NCBI GenBank assembly: GCA_913057875.1 | Contig: CAJXPI010000001.1 | Span: forward strand, 1 to 49,402 | Reading direction: 5' to 3' | Length of the DNA stretch: 49,402 nucleotides | Origin: an uncultured Flavobacteriales bacterium | Lineage (GTDB): Bacteria; Bacteroidota; Bacteroidia; Flavobacteriales_G; Salibacteraceae | Shown: in pieces, positions 28,753 through 38,422 of the stretch | Position numbering within the stretch: position 1 is the stretch's first letter | Layout: each line of letters begins with the position of its first letter | Made by a program: the position numbers and the translations under genes | Notes under the pieces: generated by a model | What the model was told of the DNA's origin: nothing | The model's database searches: none | Seen by the model: only the letters and a program-made list of their open reading frames with translations

Positions 28753-28875
28753 GAAAGCGGGCGAATCCCACCACAAGAAACGCCCGCACTTTCACTAACC
28801 CTCGTTAGTACCCATAAGGGTGCAATATGTTAACGTGTTAAATAAGAAGCCATGCGCTTGGGTACCTTGCTTCTC
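28753..28875 (-). other. Structured intergenic element with two stems (terminator or candidate ncRNA)
   Basis: GCGGGCG/CGCCCGC stem (28757-28787), with a T-rich tail on the minus strand, and AGAAGC/GCTTCT stem (28845-28874). Confidence 0.5.
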
Positions 28876-28885
28876 TAACACATAC

Positions 28886-31800
28886 TTAAAGCTTTCGCTT
28901 TAATACTTTAGTTGCAAATAACCTTTTATTTTTATTAATTACTTCAATAAAATAAATTCCCGTACTTAATTCTTGAATGTTTATTTCTTCTGAGGTACTT
29001 CCGGTAAGATTACTTTTACTCCAAACTGTTTTTCCAGTAATATCTAAAACTGTAACCGCTCCATAGATTCCTGTTGAATGTTCTAATAGAAAGCCGTCAG
29101 GAGTGTTTTTTACGGTATACTTTTCTATTAAAGTTTCATCAATTGAAGTAATGTTGGTGTCATTTCCTCCTGACGAGTTTCCAGAACCTTTTGATCCTTG
29201 ACCGCCACCCGCAATATCCACGTTATATTCAAATATGATTTCAAACCGTTCTGTGTAAGTTACGTTTGCATCTAGAGAAGCGGAGTAGGCGGATGTTAAT
29301 TCATGTACTTCATTTAAATCATTATCCTTTAAGTATATTTTGATGTGAGAAGGAATGTTTTGGGTTTGGTAATTTGAAAAGGTATGAATACCTGAATCAG
29401 CCGACCAGATGACTATTGGAATACTTTTAGTATCGCCTAATGATAAGGACTTGATTCCTTGAATAGCGAATTCTTCCTTGCCAATTAATGAAGCAAAACG
29501 GATGTTTGTCGAACCTTCTAATTTGTGTGCGTCATAAGCAGCGTCAAGGGAGTCGGTAGTGGTTTCGTTATAACCAATCAAAATGTTGTTTTTGAAACTG
29601 TTTGGGTTGACAACATCAATCCAAGCTAAATGGTTTTTTACGGGATCTTTCTTAAAGAATTGATCATTTGACGAGGAACGCATGCTGTTGTTAAATTCTA
29701 AGCTGGTATTTGCATGGGCATATACCCAGAATCCTTGCCCACTGGCAATTTGTCCTCCTGGTGTCACCGTTGAATTTCCGGAACGAACCCCCCCTAGCAT
29801 GTTATAGGTAGCATAATCCGAGTGTTGATTATACCCCGTTGTAGTATCTCCGGCATCCCAAAAATAAATAGCGCCATCAATTCGATTATTGTTTGTTGCG
29901 TTTTCCAATAGGAAGGCGTCCGCGTCAAGTGAGCTAGGGTATGGATTTCCAACTAAGTTCCAATCATCGTTATCCCAGTTAGGGTTGTGACCTAGGTTGG
30001 TGGTAGAAATAGAGATGAAAAGATCTCCATTATTCACCTGTCCATCGTATACTCTAGTGTTGACTGTTGTGCCTGGAACGAAGTATCCTCTACCGGCATC
30101 CATAAGTCCATCTCCTCCTGCAATTACATCGGAAGCGCTAAAGGTAACGTTGTTTCCATAACAGGTAGAAGTATAACCTATGGCATAATCGTGTGTCCAG
30201 GCTTGGTTTAATTCATCAAAGGTCCAAATGTCACAAGGGTTCGAACCTGTAAATACGTTATCTAAATGAGGTGTTTGAATTGGTGAAGACCAAATGTTAT
30301 AGGACGCAGCAGAAAGGTTTCCCGTTCTTTTTACATGGTATTCTCCAGCTCCTGAATTTTCATTGGTGCCGGTTCCTGTTTGGATTAATGAACCACCACT
30401 TTCAATAGTGATGTCACCTGTATTTAAAATGCTTCCGTTAACTTCTAGCGATGTGCCATTTTCAATGGTTAAATGGCCACTCGGAGTTACAATTACTTGA
30501 GCAACTTCGGCATCTGCTGGTAAAATTGCATTGGGAGCATATACTTTTAAAACACGCGTGCCATCTGCTGGGCCTGGGGCTGAACTTGCTCCTGTGCCAC
30601 CGTTATAAGCTGTTCCATCCCAGGTAATAAAATTACTGTCAACGGCTAAAGTTAGTGGTTGGTTTGTTGCCCAATTAGTGATTTTGGTGCTATTGGTACA
30701 ATCTTCACTTATTCCAGTAATTACCTCACCATTTGTAAGCGAGCCCGTAGCTCCTCCATTTCCTAAATTTTCCCATTGAGTGCCGGTCCAATGTGCAACC
30801 CTAATATTACAAGGAGTACCTGCCCCGTCAATATCACTTCGGGTGTTTACAAATGAAAGGGTTGCTTTAACATCGCTAGTCCCCGTTAGTCTATCTAGCA
30901 TCCAGTATTCTGTATTGGAAATATGATCTAAGCCTGCCGCAACTTCGGTGCTATCAAATCCGTTTGAATGAGGGGAGTCATGATGATAACTCGCTTTAAA
31001 AGTAGCAGTTCCGGGTTGTGACATTTTTAGAGGTGCGTAATATCCGCCTGCTCCAATTGGGAAGGTAAAAGCATCATTCCCATATTTAATTACCGGTCCA
31101 TCTACATAAGCGTTATTTGAAACAGATCTCACAATGGTGTTATCTGTCATGGTTAAAACGTTAGTAGATGTAGTTACAACATTTCCATTATCTAAATCGA
31201 GGTCTTTGAAAATAGATACGGGGGTGTTTAAAGTAACCTCTCCACCCGTCTTATTTGTTTGTAAATCTCTAAATTCAATTGTTGTAGCCGAACCCAATTG
31301 ATTAATGGTTTGAGAATTTGGCCCGTCAAAAACAACTCTTCCGCTACCTCCGTTTCCAAATCGAACGGTTGTATTTGAGTTTACCGTAATGTTATTGGCA
31401 TAGGTACATGCTACATCATACGCAGGGTAAATTGCTCCGGTTGAAGCTTTCCAGTACGTTACGTTCGCGTTGAAATCATTTGCTGATCTGTAACAAGGAG
31501 CAAAATAGCTAGTGCTTGAGTTTTTGAAGGTAGTTTCATCGTTAAACATATTTCCTCCAGTACTTAAATCATTAGTTGAGCCTGTTTTTTCAAAGAATGA
31601 GATTCCGTCAAAGAGCGAGTTTTTTAACTTAATTCTGGGAGAAGAAAAAGTAACATTTCCATACCAATCCGAGTCATCTAAAATCATTATTGAATTATCT
31701 GTCAAGGTCAGGTTTTGGGCCGCGCTGCCCATTTGACTAAAATTTCTTAATCGTAAGTAACCGGAGATAAAGCTCGATCCAATTGAGATGGTTTTGGAAT

Positions 31801-34800
31801 TTGCTAAAGTGGCATTTCCTCCACTTTCTCCGAAACGAACCCCGTCACATCCTGAAACGGTAGATGAAATGGTAATGTTTCCGTTATAATTATTTGTACT
31901 TGCAGAGGCGTAATTAGATTGTATTTCGGAGTAGGTAGCGGAAGCGTTGTTTTCAATGGAAACGTTTCCGTTAAAAATAATATCTCCACTGTAACCTAAG
32001 TAAATTCGTTTATAAGTTCCCGCACCATTATTTGAAATTTGGGTATTTCCATTTACCGAAATAGAAGAACGGGAGCTACTTCCGAGTAAAATTTGAGAAT
32101 TGTTATTTGACGCTAAATTGTTTAGCGCTAAATCTCCATTTAAGGTAACATCACCTTGGTCTCCAAAATAAATATAAGAAGAGGCTGCAGATGAGTTATT
32201 ATTTACTGTGGTATTACCCCCAATGGTTAAATTAGAATTGCTTCCAGTAGAAACATAGCTATAGTTACTTGTACCTGTGGTATTATGGTTTACGGTTAAG
32301 TCACCTCCAATGGTATTTCCCCTACTGTTATGTGCAATATACATATTGTTAGTGCCCAAGTTGTTCATTACAACATTGGCTTGAAAGTCATCCGCAGTTC
32401 CGTTACCCATTAAAAAATATCCAGTTCCGGTATTTTTTAATTCTGTATTTCCCACAAATGTGTTAGCTCCAGATGAGGCATCGTTGGTGCTCCCAATTTT
32501 CTCTAAAAGAGTTGCTCCCCCATAAGTAGTGCTGTATGTAAGAATGGAAGGTGCTTTTTCGGTATGATTTCCTCCCCAATTAGAGTTATAGTTGTAAATT
32601 CTATTAGCCGTTGCAGCTAACTCTAAATTTTGAGGCGTTGCACCTATTTGGTTAAAATTTCTAAAGTAAAGTTGTCCCCCAATAAATTGGGTAGCTGGTA
32701 AAGGAGTAGTAATGGTTTTAGTTGCTGCTAATGTACCTGTACCTCCATGGTTTCCAAATAGAATCCCGTCAGAATTAGTTTGTGTAGATTTTACTGTAAT
32801 ATTTCCGTTATAAATGTTTACGCTATTGATACGGTAGTTTGCATGAATTTCAGAATAACTAGAACCAGAATTGTTAGTGATTTCTAAGTCTCCGTTAAAG
32901 GTTACATCACCATAGTTACCTAAATAACACTGAGAGTTGTTACCCGTACTGGAATTGTTTAGCGTACTACTTCCACTAACAATAACCGAGGAAGAACTAC
33001 CGTTAGCTAAAATAATTTGTGAGTTGGTAGCCGAAGAGTTATTGGTTAGATTCATATCTCCTCCAACCGTAATATCTCCGGAAGCCCCTAAATAAATGTA
33101 ACGGTTGGTTCCATTATTAGCGGTGTTGTTAACGGATAAATTTCCAGCAATGTTTACTAATCCTCTATTAGAGATGTACATGTTGTGAGAGCCCGAAATA
33201 CCTGTAGAGCTATTGGTTACATTAACATCACCGGTAATATTGAAAATGGTGGCGTTGTTGTTGGCTAAATAGAAGTATTGGTTCCCTGTACCTTTTGTTT
33301 CATGGTAAATATTCAAGTCGCCATTTACGGTATATGTCCCTTGACGATTACCACATAATAACTCACTAAAAGAACCTTTGTTTCTTAACGTAAGGTTACC
33401 GTTGTAGGTATCGTTTAGGTAGGTGGCTAAATATAGTCTTCCACTTGCTACATTGTTATTTTGTACAATTTCGGTATTGCCGTTGAATATGTTTCCACCG
33501 TACCAGTCATCGTTATCTTTTCCTGTCTTAATAAAATAGGCTTGTTGATCGAATGTAGAGGTGTGCATGTAGTTTCTTGGAGAAACAAAGCTTACTGCAC
33601 CTCCCCAGTTTGAATTTTTTGAATAAATATATCTTGCGGTAGAAGCTAATTCAAAAGCATGCGGAGTAGTACCTGTTTGTGTAAAGTTATAAAAACGTAA
33701 ATCACCCCCTATAAAATTATCTACATCAATTCCTGGAATTGTAATTGTTTTTGTTGCGGCTAATACAGAGCTTCCTCCACTTTGCCCAAAGTAAAATCCA
33801 TCACAATTAGTATGTAAGCTAGAAATGGTCACATGGTCGTTAAATACTATTGAGCCAGAAGATTCATGAGCTACATAGAATTCAGAGCTTGAAGAACCGG
33901 CCTTGTTAACCAAATCAGCTGTTCCGTTTAAAGTAACGTCACCATTTGCACCTAAATAAATTCTGTTTGTTGAGGATGCTGTGTTGTTGTTAATAATAGA
34001 TGTTGTACCGTGAACAGTAAAAGCACCTGTAGATCCGTTGGCTATTCTTATAGTGGCATTTGTTCCTTTAGCAGAATTTGTGGCATTGAAATTACCATCA
34101 ACTGTTACGGTACCATTATCAGCAATTTTAGAATTGACACCTTTTGCACTTCCGGTATGGTTTACAACTAGGTTTCCCGTTACATGGAGAGTAGCTGTTG
34201 ATCCTGAGGCTAAATGCGTATATGAATTCCCTGTTCCGGTACCTGAATTGGTAACGGTTAGATTGCCATTAACTATATGACCAGCTTGGTTTTTAGCCAA
34301 GGTCATTTGGCTGGTTCCTGAATTAATCATTTGGACATCTGCATTGAATATGTCAATGTTAATGTTTGCTAAATTGAAGGTTTTTGATCCACTATTTACT
34401 AAAGTTGTTACGCCATGAAAGGTGTTGCCTCCGTAGTTATTATCGTCACTAATTCCACCTGTTTTTTCTAAATGGGTGGTACCATTGAAGGTACTTAGTT
34501 TAGAGAAAATTCTAGGTGATCTAAAATCTACGTTTCCTCCCCAATAACTGTTTGCCAAAATAAAGTAAGTTGTACCTGTTGGGTTTAAAGTTTGAGCTGT
34601 GTTTCCTAATTGAGTGAAGTTTTTTAATCGCAAAACACCCGATTTGAAACCGTTTGTTCCAATGGTGATGGTTTTAGTAGCAGCTAATTCTCCCGAACCA
34701 CCCGACTCGCCAAACCGGATACCATCGCAGCTAGAGGTGTTACTGGTTAACACAATGTTTCCCTTGTATTGGTTATGCGAATCATCATCATGGTTAAGAT

Positions 34801-37800
34801 AAACTTCAGAGCTACTAGCATTTGAGTTTTGCGTAAGGAATAAATCACTGTTAAATACGATATCTCCTTTATTTCCTAAATACATTCTACGAGTAGATCC
34901 TCCTGCTGCTCCGGTAATCGTTGCTGTACCGTTAATGTTAACGGTTGAAGCAGAATCATAAGCCATATAAATGGTACTTGATGACCCTGAAGGAGCATTA
35001 TTAATAACCAGATTACCATTAAAAGTGATTGCCCCAGTTCTACCTAGACTTAGGTTACTTGTACTTGCGCTTGATGTATTGCTAATTTGTGCAATTTGAT
35101 TTACGGTTAACGAAGAATTTGCTCTATTAGCAAGAATAATACTATTACCCGAACCATATCCAGAATTGTTGATGGTTAAAGTTCCAGCAACGTTGTTTCC
35201 TGCGCTATTATAAGCCAAATACATGTGTCTAGAGCCTGTATTGTTCATGATTAGGTTTCCTTGAAAATCATCTGCACTTCCGTTACCCATCATTAAGTAT
35301 CCCGATCCTGAGTTTTTTAATTCGGTGTTACCCACAAAAGTGTTTCCTCCAGCACATTGATCATCTGAAGCACCTTTCTTCTCAATATACGATGTACCCG
35401 CAAAAGTAGATTGGGTTAGGTATGTTCTTGGAGCGCGGAAGTCAATGTTACCCCCAAAACTTGCATTCTGAAGGATTAAGTACCCCGTGTTATTTAAATT
35501 TAAAGATTGGTCTGTAGCGCCTATTTGTGTAAAGTTTCTTAATCTTAATTCACCAGAAGAGTAGTTGAAGTTTGTGATGGTTCCGGAAGCTGATAGGGTA
35601 GTAGAGCCGTTACTTTGTCCGAAACGAATTCCATCAGGGCTAGAGTTGGTTAAAGAAATATTGCCGTTAAAGTTATGAGCTGCATTACTGGAATTTGCTA
35701 TATATATTTCTGAGTTAGTAGCCGTAGAATTGTTGGTAACCGTAAAGTTTCCATTACATGTAATATCACCATTATTACCGAAGTAAACTCTTTTTGTAGT
35801 GCCCGAACCGTTATTAATAATGGAGGTGTTTCCATTAATGGAAATTGAGGAATTGGTATTAGAACCAAAGTACATTGATCCAGAATTTCCATTAGCGTTG
35901 TTAGTTGCACTTAAATCGTCATTAAAGGTAATATCTCCGTTTTCTCCAATGATAAATTGTCCGTTACTAGAACTGGTATTTAAGTTGAAATTGGCCTTGC
36001 CATTAACTGAAAGTGTGGAAGCCGAATAAGAAGAAGCATACATATAGGTATTTATACCTGATGCCATATTGTTAAAAGTCAGATCTCCTTGAACTAAATT
36101 TCCGGCACTATTGTGAGCTAAGTACATGTGATTTGTTCCGGTGTTGTTTAAAACAAGGTTTCCTCCAAACGTATCTGGGTTTCCATTACCCATTAGGAAA
36201 TAACCTGACCCACTGTTTTTCAATTCACAGTTTCCTACAAAAGTATTACCTCCAATACTCGCATCATTTGTAGCGCCAGTTTTTTCTACAATTGAAGTTC
36301 CGGAATAGGTAGAGTGGGCGGTGTATATTCGAGGAGATCTAAAATGAACATTTCCAGTAAAGGAAGATCCGGAAATATATAAATATGCAGTACCTGATAA
36401 TTGTAGGTATTGACTTCCTGTATTTGTGTGCGAAAAGTTTCGTAGTCTCAATTCTCCACTAGCAAAAGTTCCCGCAATATTGATATTTTTTGTGGCTGCT
36501 AAAGTCCCAACTCCTGCACTTTGTCCGAAACGGATTCCGTCTCCGGAATTATGTGTGTTAGAAATATTAATGTTTCCGTTATACATGTTTGAAGCACTTG
36601 GATTGTGATTCAAGAAAATCTCAGAATTATTAGCAGATGCATTATTGGTAAGAGTTAGATCACCATTAAACGTTACATCACCCGAGTAACCGAGTTGCAT
36701 TCTTTTAGTAGTTCCAGAACCGTTGTTTGTTATGTTGGTGGTTCCATTAATAATTGCAGAGGCGTTACTATTGGTTGCAAAGGTTATTGTTCCAGAATTT
36801 CCAGTAGCATTGTTGGTGGCAGTTACGTTATTGTTAAAAACAACATCTCCGTTTTCTGCTACAATAATCTGACCGTTGGAAGAAGATGTGCTATTGGTGA
36901 AATTGGAATTACCTGTCACCGTTAACGTAGAAGCCGTGTTTTGTGCTAAGTGAACATATGTATTACTTCCAGTAGCCAAGTTTGTAACCGTAAGATTTCC
37001 GGTTATACTATTACCTGCACTATTGTGAGCAAGGTATAATGAAGACGTTCCTTCGTTTTTCAATTCTAGATTTGCTGAGAAGGTATCAGGCGCTCCGTTC
37101 CCTAAAATTAAAGAAGCTGATCCTGAATTTTTCAAGATACAATTACCAACAAAAGTGTTACCTCCACCGGAATAGTTTGAAGAGGCTCCTGTTTTTGTAA
37201 ATTCAGAAGTGCCATTAAATGTAGCACCAGTTAGTTGAATTTGTGGAGCAGTAAAAACTACGTTTCCGTTGAATGAGGTCCCGTTTAAAGCTTTTAAATA
37301 AGCGGTTCCGGAAAGTGTAATGTTTTGAGAAGTATTTCCTGATTGAACAAAACCTTTCAATAGTAGTTCTCCCTTCGAGAATCCAGAACCTGAAATGATG
37401 ATGCTTTTATTGGAGGCCAGTGTAGAAGTACCTCCGTTTTCACCTATGTAAATTCCAGAACCATTATTAGATGCTATGGTAATATTTCCGTTAAACTGAG
37501 TTCCGGTTGAACTGTAAGCTAATCTTATTCTACTCGATGAAGTATTGATTAAAGTGACATCGCCATTAAAAATATCGGGGTTTGTTTGTCCCATTAAAAA
37601 ATAACTAGAACCAGAGTTGGTTACTTGAAATGTAGAATTGAAAGTACACCCTCCAGCACCATTTGTACTACTATTCGAATTGTCTGCAACCACAACGGCA
37701 TCATTAAATATACCACCACTAAATTGAATTCTCTTTGCTGTTACATTTATAGGTGTGTTAAAAGTAGTTCCTCCAAAAACTGTCATTCCAGTTGAGTTAT

Positions 37801-38167
37801 GAGTAACGGATGATGAACCTGCATCTGATATGGTTCCTCCTAAAAAGTTACAGTCAGCAGATCCAGAAACTGTTGTATTAAAAGTGTATCCATTTAGATC
37901 AATAATTCCGGTGTAGGTGCCGTATACATTTATTCCATCTACCCCCACGTTAATATCAATGACACAGTTACCTGTACCGTTATTATTAAAATAAACACGG
38001 TCTCCGGTAGCGGGCACAGAATATCCTCCTGAACCACCGTTTGAAGATGACCAATTGGCTGAGTTGTTCCAATTTGAATTTGTATTTGAAATCCAGTATC
38101 TATTAGCCGCGAAAGTTTGACCTATAAATAGTACAAGTGTAATTAGAAGTAGAAAATGTCTTTTCAT
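28886..38167 (-). CDS. Giant (3093 aa) repetitive T9SS type A-secreted surface protein, probable beta-helical adhesin
   Basis: Signal peptide, YW..NW..NWS start, Asn/Gly/Ser/Thr-rich repeats, WNLVGNPYPS module, and CTD LDITGK..LSTGIYFI..KV. Confidence 0.9.
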   Translation of the reverse strand: MKRHFLLLITLVLFIGQTFAANRYWISNTNSNWNNSANWSSSNGGSGGYSVPATGDRVYFNNNGTGNCVIDINVGVDGINVYGTYTGIIDLNGYTFNTTVSGSADCNFLGGTISDAGSSSVTHNSTGMTVFGGTTFNTPINVTAKRIQFSGGIFNDAVVVADNSNSSTNGAGGCTFNSTFQVTNSGSSYFLMGQTNPDIFNGDVTLINTSSSRIRLAYSSTGTQFNGNITIASNNGSGIYIGENGGTSTLASNKSIIISGSGFSKGELLLKGFVQSGNTSQNITLSGTAYLKALNGTSFNGNVVFTAPQIQLTGATFNGTSEFTKTGASSNYSGGGNTFVGNCILKNSGSASLILGNGAPDTFSANLELKNEGTSSLYLAHNSAGNSITGNLTVTNLATGSNTYVHLAQNTASTLTVTGNSNFTNSTSSSNGQIIVAENGDVVFNNNVTATNNATGNSGTITFATNSNASAIINGTTNITNNGSGTTKRMQLGYSGDVTFNGDLTLTNNASANNSEIFLNHNPSASNMYNGNINISNTHNSGDGIRFGQSAGVGTLAATKNINIAGTFASGELRLRNFSHTNTGSQYLQLSGTAYLYISGSSFTGNVHFRSPRIYTAHSTYSGTSIVEKTGATNDASIGGNTFVGNCELKNSGSGYFLMGNGNPDTFGGNLVLNNTGTNHMYLAHNSAGNLVQGDLTFNNMASGINTYMYASSYSASTLSVNGKANFNLNTSSSNGQFIIGENGDITFNDDLSATNNANGNSGSMYFGSNTNSSISINGNTSIINNGSGTTKRVYFGNNGDITCNGNFTVTNNSTATNSEIYIANSSNAAHNFNGNISLTNSSPDGIRFGQSNGSTTLSASGTITNFNYSSGELRLRNFTQIGATDQSLNLNNTGYLILQNASFGGNIDFRAPRTYLTQSTFAGTSYIEKKGASDDQCAGGNTFVGNTELKNSGSGYLMMGNGSADDFQGNLIMNNTGSRHMYLAYNSAGNNVAGTLTINNSGYGSGNSIILANRANSSLTVNQIAQISNTSSASTSNLSLGRTGAITFNGNLVINNAPSGSSSTIYMAYDSASTVNINGTATITGAAGGSTRRMYLGNKGDIVFNSDLFLTQNSNASSSEVYLNHDDDSHNQYKGNIVLTSNTSSCDGIRFGESGGSGELAATKTITIGTNGFKSGVLRLKNFTQLGNTAQTLNPTGTTYFILANSYWGGNVDFRSPRIFSKLSTFNGTTHLEKTGGISDDNNYGGNTFHGVTTLVNSGSKTFNLANINIDIFNADVQMINSGTSQMTLAKNQAGHIVNGNLTVTNSGTGTGNSYTHLASGSTATLHVTGNLVVNHTGSAKGVNSKIADNGTVTVDGNFNATNSAKGTNATIRIANGSTGAFTVHGTTSIINNNTASSTNRIYLGANGDVTLNGTADLVNKAGSSSSEFYVAHESSGSIVFNDHVTISSLHTNCDGFYFGQSGGSSVLAATKTITIPGIDVDNFIGGDLRFYNFTQTGTTPHAFELASTARYIYSKNSNWGGAVSFVSPRNYMHTSTFDQQAYFIKTGKDNDDWYGGNIFNGNTEIVQNNNVASGRLYLATYLNDTYNGNLTLRNKGSFSELLCGNRQGTYTVNGDLNIYHETKGTGNQYFYLANNNATIFNITGDVNVTNSSTGISGSHNMYISNRGLVNIAGNLSVNNTANNGTNRYIYLGASGDITVGGDMNLTNNSSATNSQIILANGSSSSVIVSGSSTLNNSSTGNNSQCYLGNYGDVTFNGDLEITNNSGSSYSEIHANYRINSVNIYNGNITVKSTQTNSDGILFGNHGGTGTLAATKTITTPLPATQFIGGQLYFRNFNQIGATPQNLELAATANRIYNYNSNWGGNHTEKAPSILTYSTTYGGATLLEKIGSTNDASSGANTFVGNTELKNTGTGYFLMGNGTADDFQANVVMNNLGTNNMYIAHNSRGNTIGGDLTVNHNTTGTSNYSYVSTGSNSNLTIGGNTTVNNNSSAASSYIYFGDQGDVTLNGDLALNNLASNNNSQILLGSSSRSSISVNGNTQISNNGAGTYKRIYLGYSGDIIFNGNVSIENNASATYSEIQSNYASASTNNYNGNITISSTVSGCDGVRFGESGGNATLANSKTISIGSSFISGYLRLRNFSQMGSAAQNLTLTDNSIMILDDSDWYGNVTFSSPRIKLKNSLFDGISFFEKTGSTNDLSTGGNMFNDETTFKNSSTSYFAPCYRSANDFNANVTYWKASTGAIYPAYDVACTYANNITVNSNTTVRFGNGGSGRVVFDGPNSQTINQLGSATTIEFRDLQTNKTGGEVTLNTPVSIFKDLDLDNGNVVTTSTNVLTMTDNTIVRSVSNNAYVDGPVIKYGNDAFTFPIGAGGYYAPLKMSQPGTATFKASYHHDSPHSNGFDSTEVAAGLDHISNTEYWMLDRLTGTSDVKATLSFVNTRSDIDGAGTPCNIRVAHWTGTQWENLGNGGATGSLTNGEVITGISEDCTNSTKITNWATNQPLTLAVDSNFITWDGTAYNGGTGASSAPGPADGTRVLKVYAPNAILPADAEVAQVIVTPSGHLTIENGTSLEVNGSILNTGDITIESGGSLIQTGTGTNENSGAGEYHVKRTGNLSAASYNIWSSPIQTPHLDNVFTGSNPCDIWTFDELNQAWTHDYAIGYTSTCYGNNVTFSASDVIAGGDGLMDAGRGYFVPGTTVNTRVYDGQVNNGDLFISISTTNLGHNPNWDNDDWNLVGNPYPSSLDADAFLLENATNNNRIDGAIYFWDAGDTTTGYNQHSDYATYNMLGGVRSGNSTVTPGGQIASGQGFWVYAHANTSLEFNNSMRSSSNDQFFKKDPVKNHLAWIDVVNPNSFKNNILIGYNETTTDSLDAAYDAHKLEGSTNIRFASLIGKEEFAIQGIKSLSLGDTKSIPIVIWSADSGIHTFSNYQTQNIPSHIKIYLKDNDLNEVHELTSAYSASLDANVTYTERFEIIFEYNVDIAGGGQGSKGSGNSSGGNDTNITSIDETLIEKYTVKNTPDGFLLEHSTGIYGAVTVLDITGKTVWSKSNLTGSTSEEINIQELSTGIYFIEVINKNKRLFATKVLKRKL
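31544..37153 (-). repeat. Six tandem ~300-340 aa intragenic repeat units
   Basis: The G(G/A)NxF anchor Phe codon recurs at 37151, 36239, 35336, 34418, 33485, 32456 and 31544. Confidence 0.88.
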
Positions 38168-38332
38168 CGTTTGGTGTGTGTTTAGAGAGAAGGTGAACGT
38201 GATTTTAATAAGGAATACTCACCTTCCGCAAACAAGTATATAATGAAAAAGAGAAGGTTTTAAAAATGTACCCAATATTGAAAGAGGTTGATTCTACTGG
38301 GGTTTAGGCGCGGTAAGGGTGACATTCTGGTT

Positions 38333-38366
38333 AAAAAAAATGAGCATAATTTCTTACGCTCATTTT
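38333..38366 (-). terminator. Intrinsic terminator after 38423-41896
   Basis: Minus strand AAAATGAGC-loop-GCTCATTTTTTTT. Confidence 0.65.
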
Positions 38367-38422
38367 CACTTTAATATTTTGGTAATGATTAATCACCCGT
38401 CTTTTGTACAAAAGATATGTTG

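Noticed and set aside
28757-28790. GCGAATCCCACCA resembling a tRNA T-arm and 3' end
   Set aside because: No GTTCGA T-loop or cloverleaf can be built; it forms a simple hairpin.
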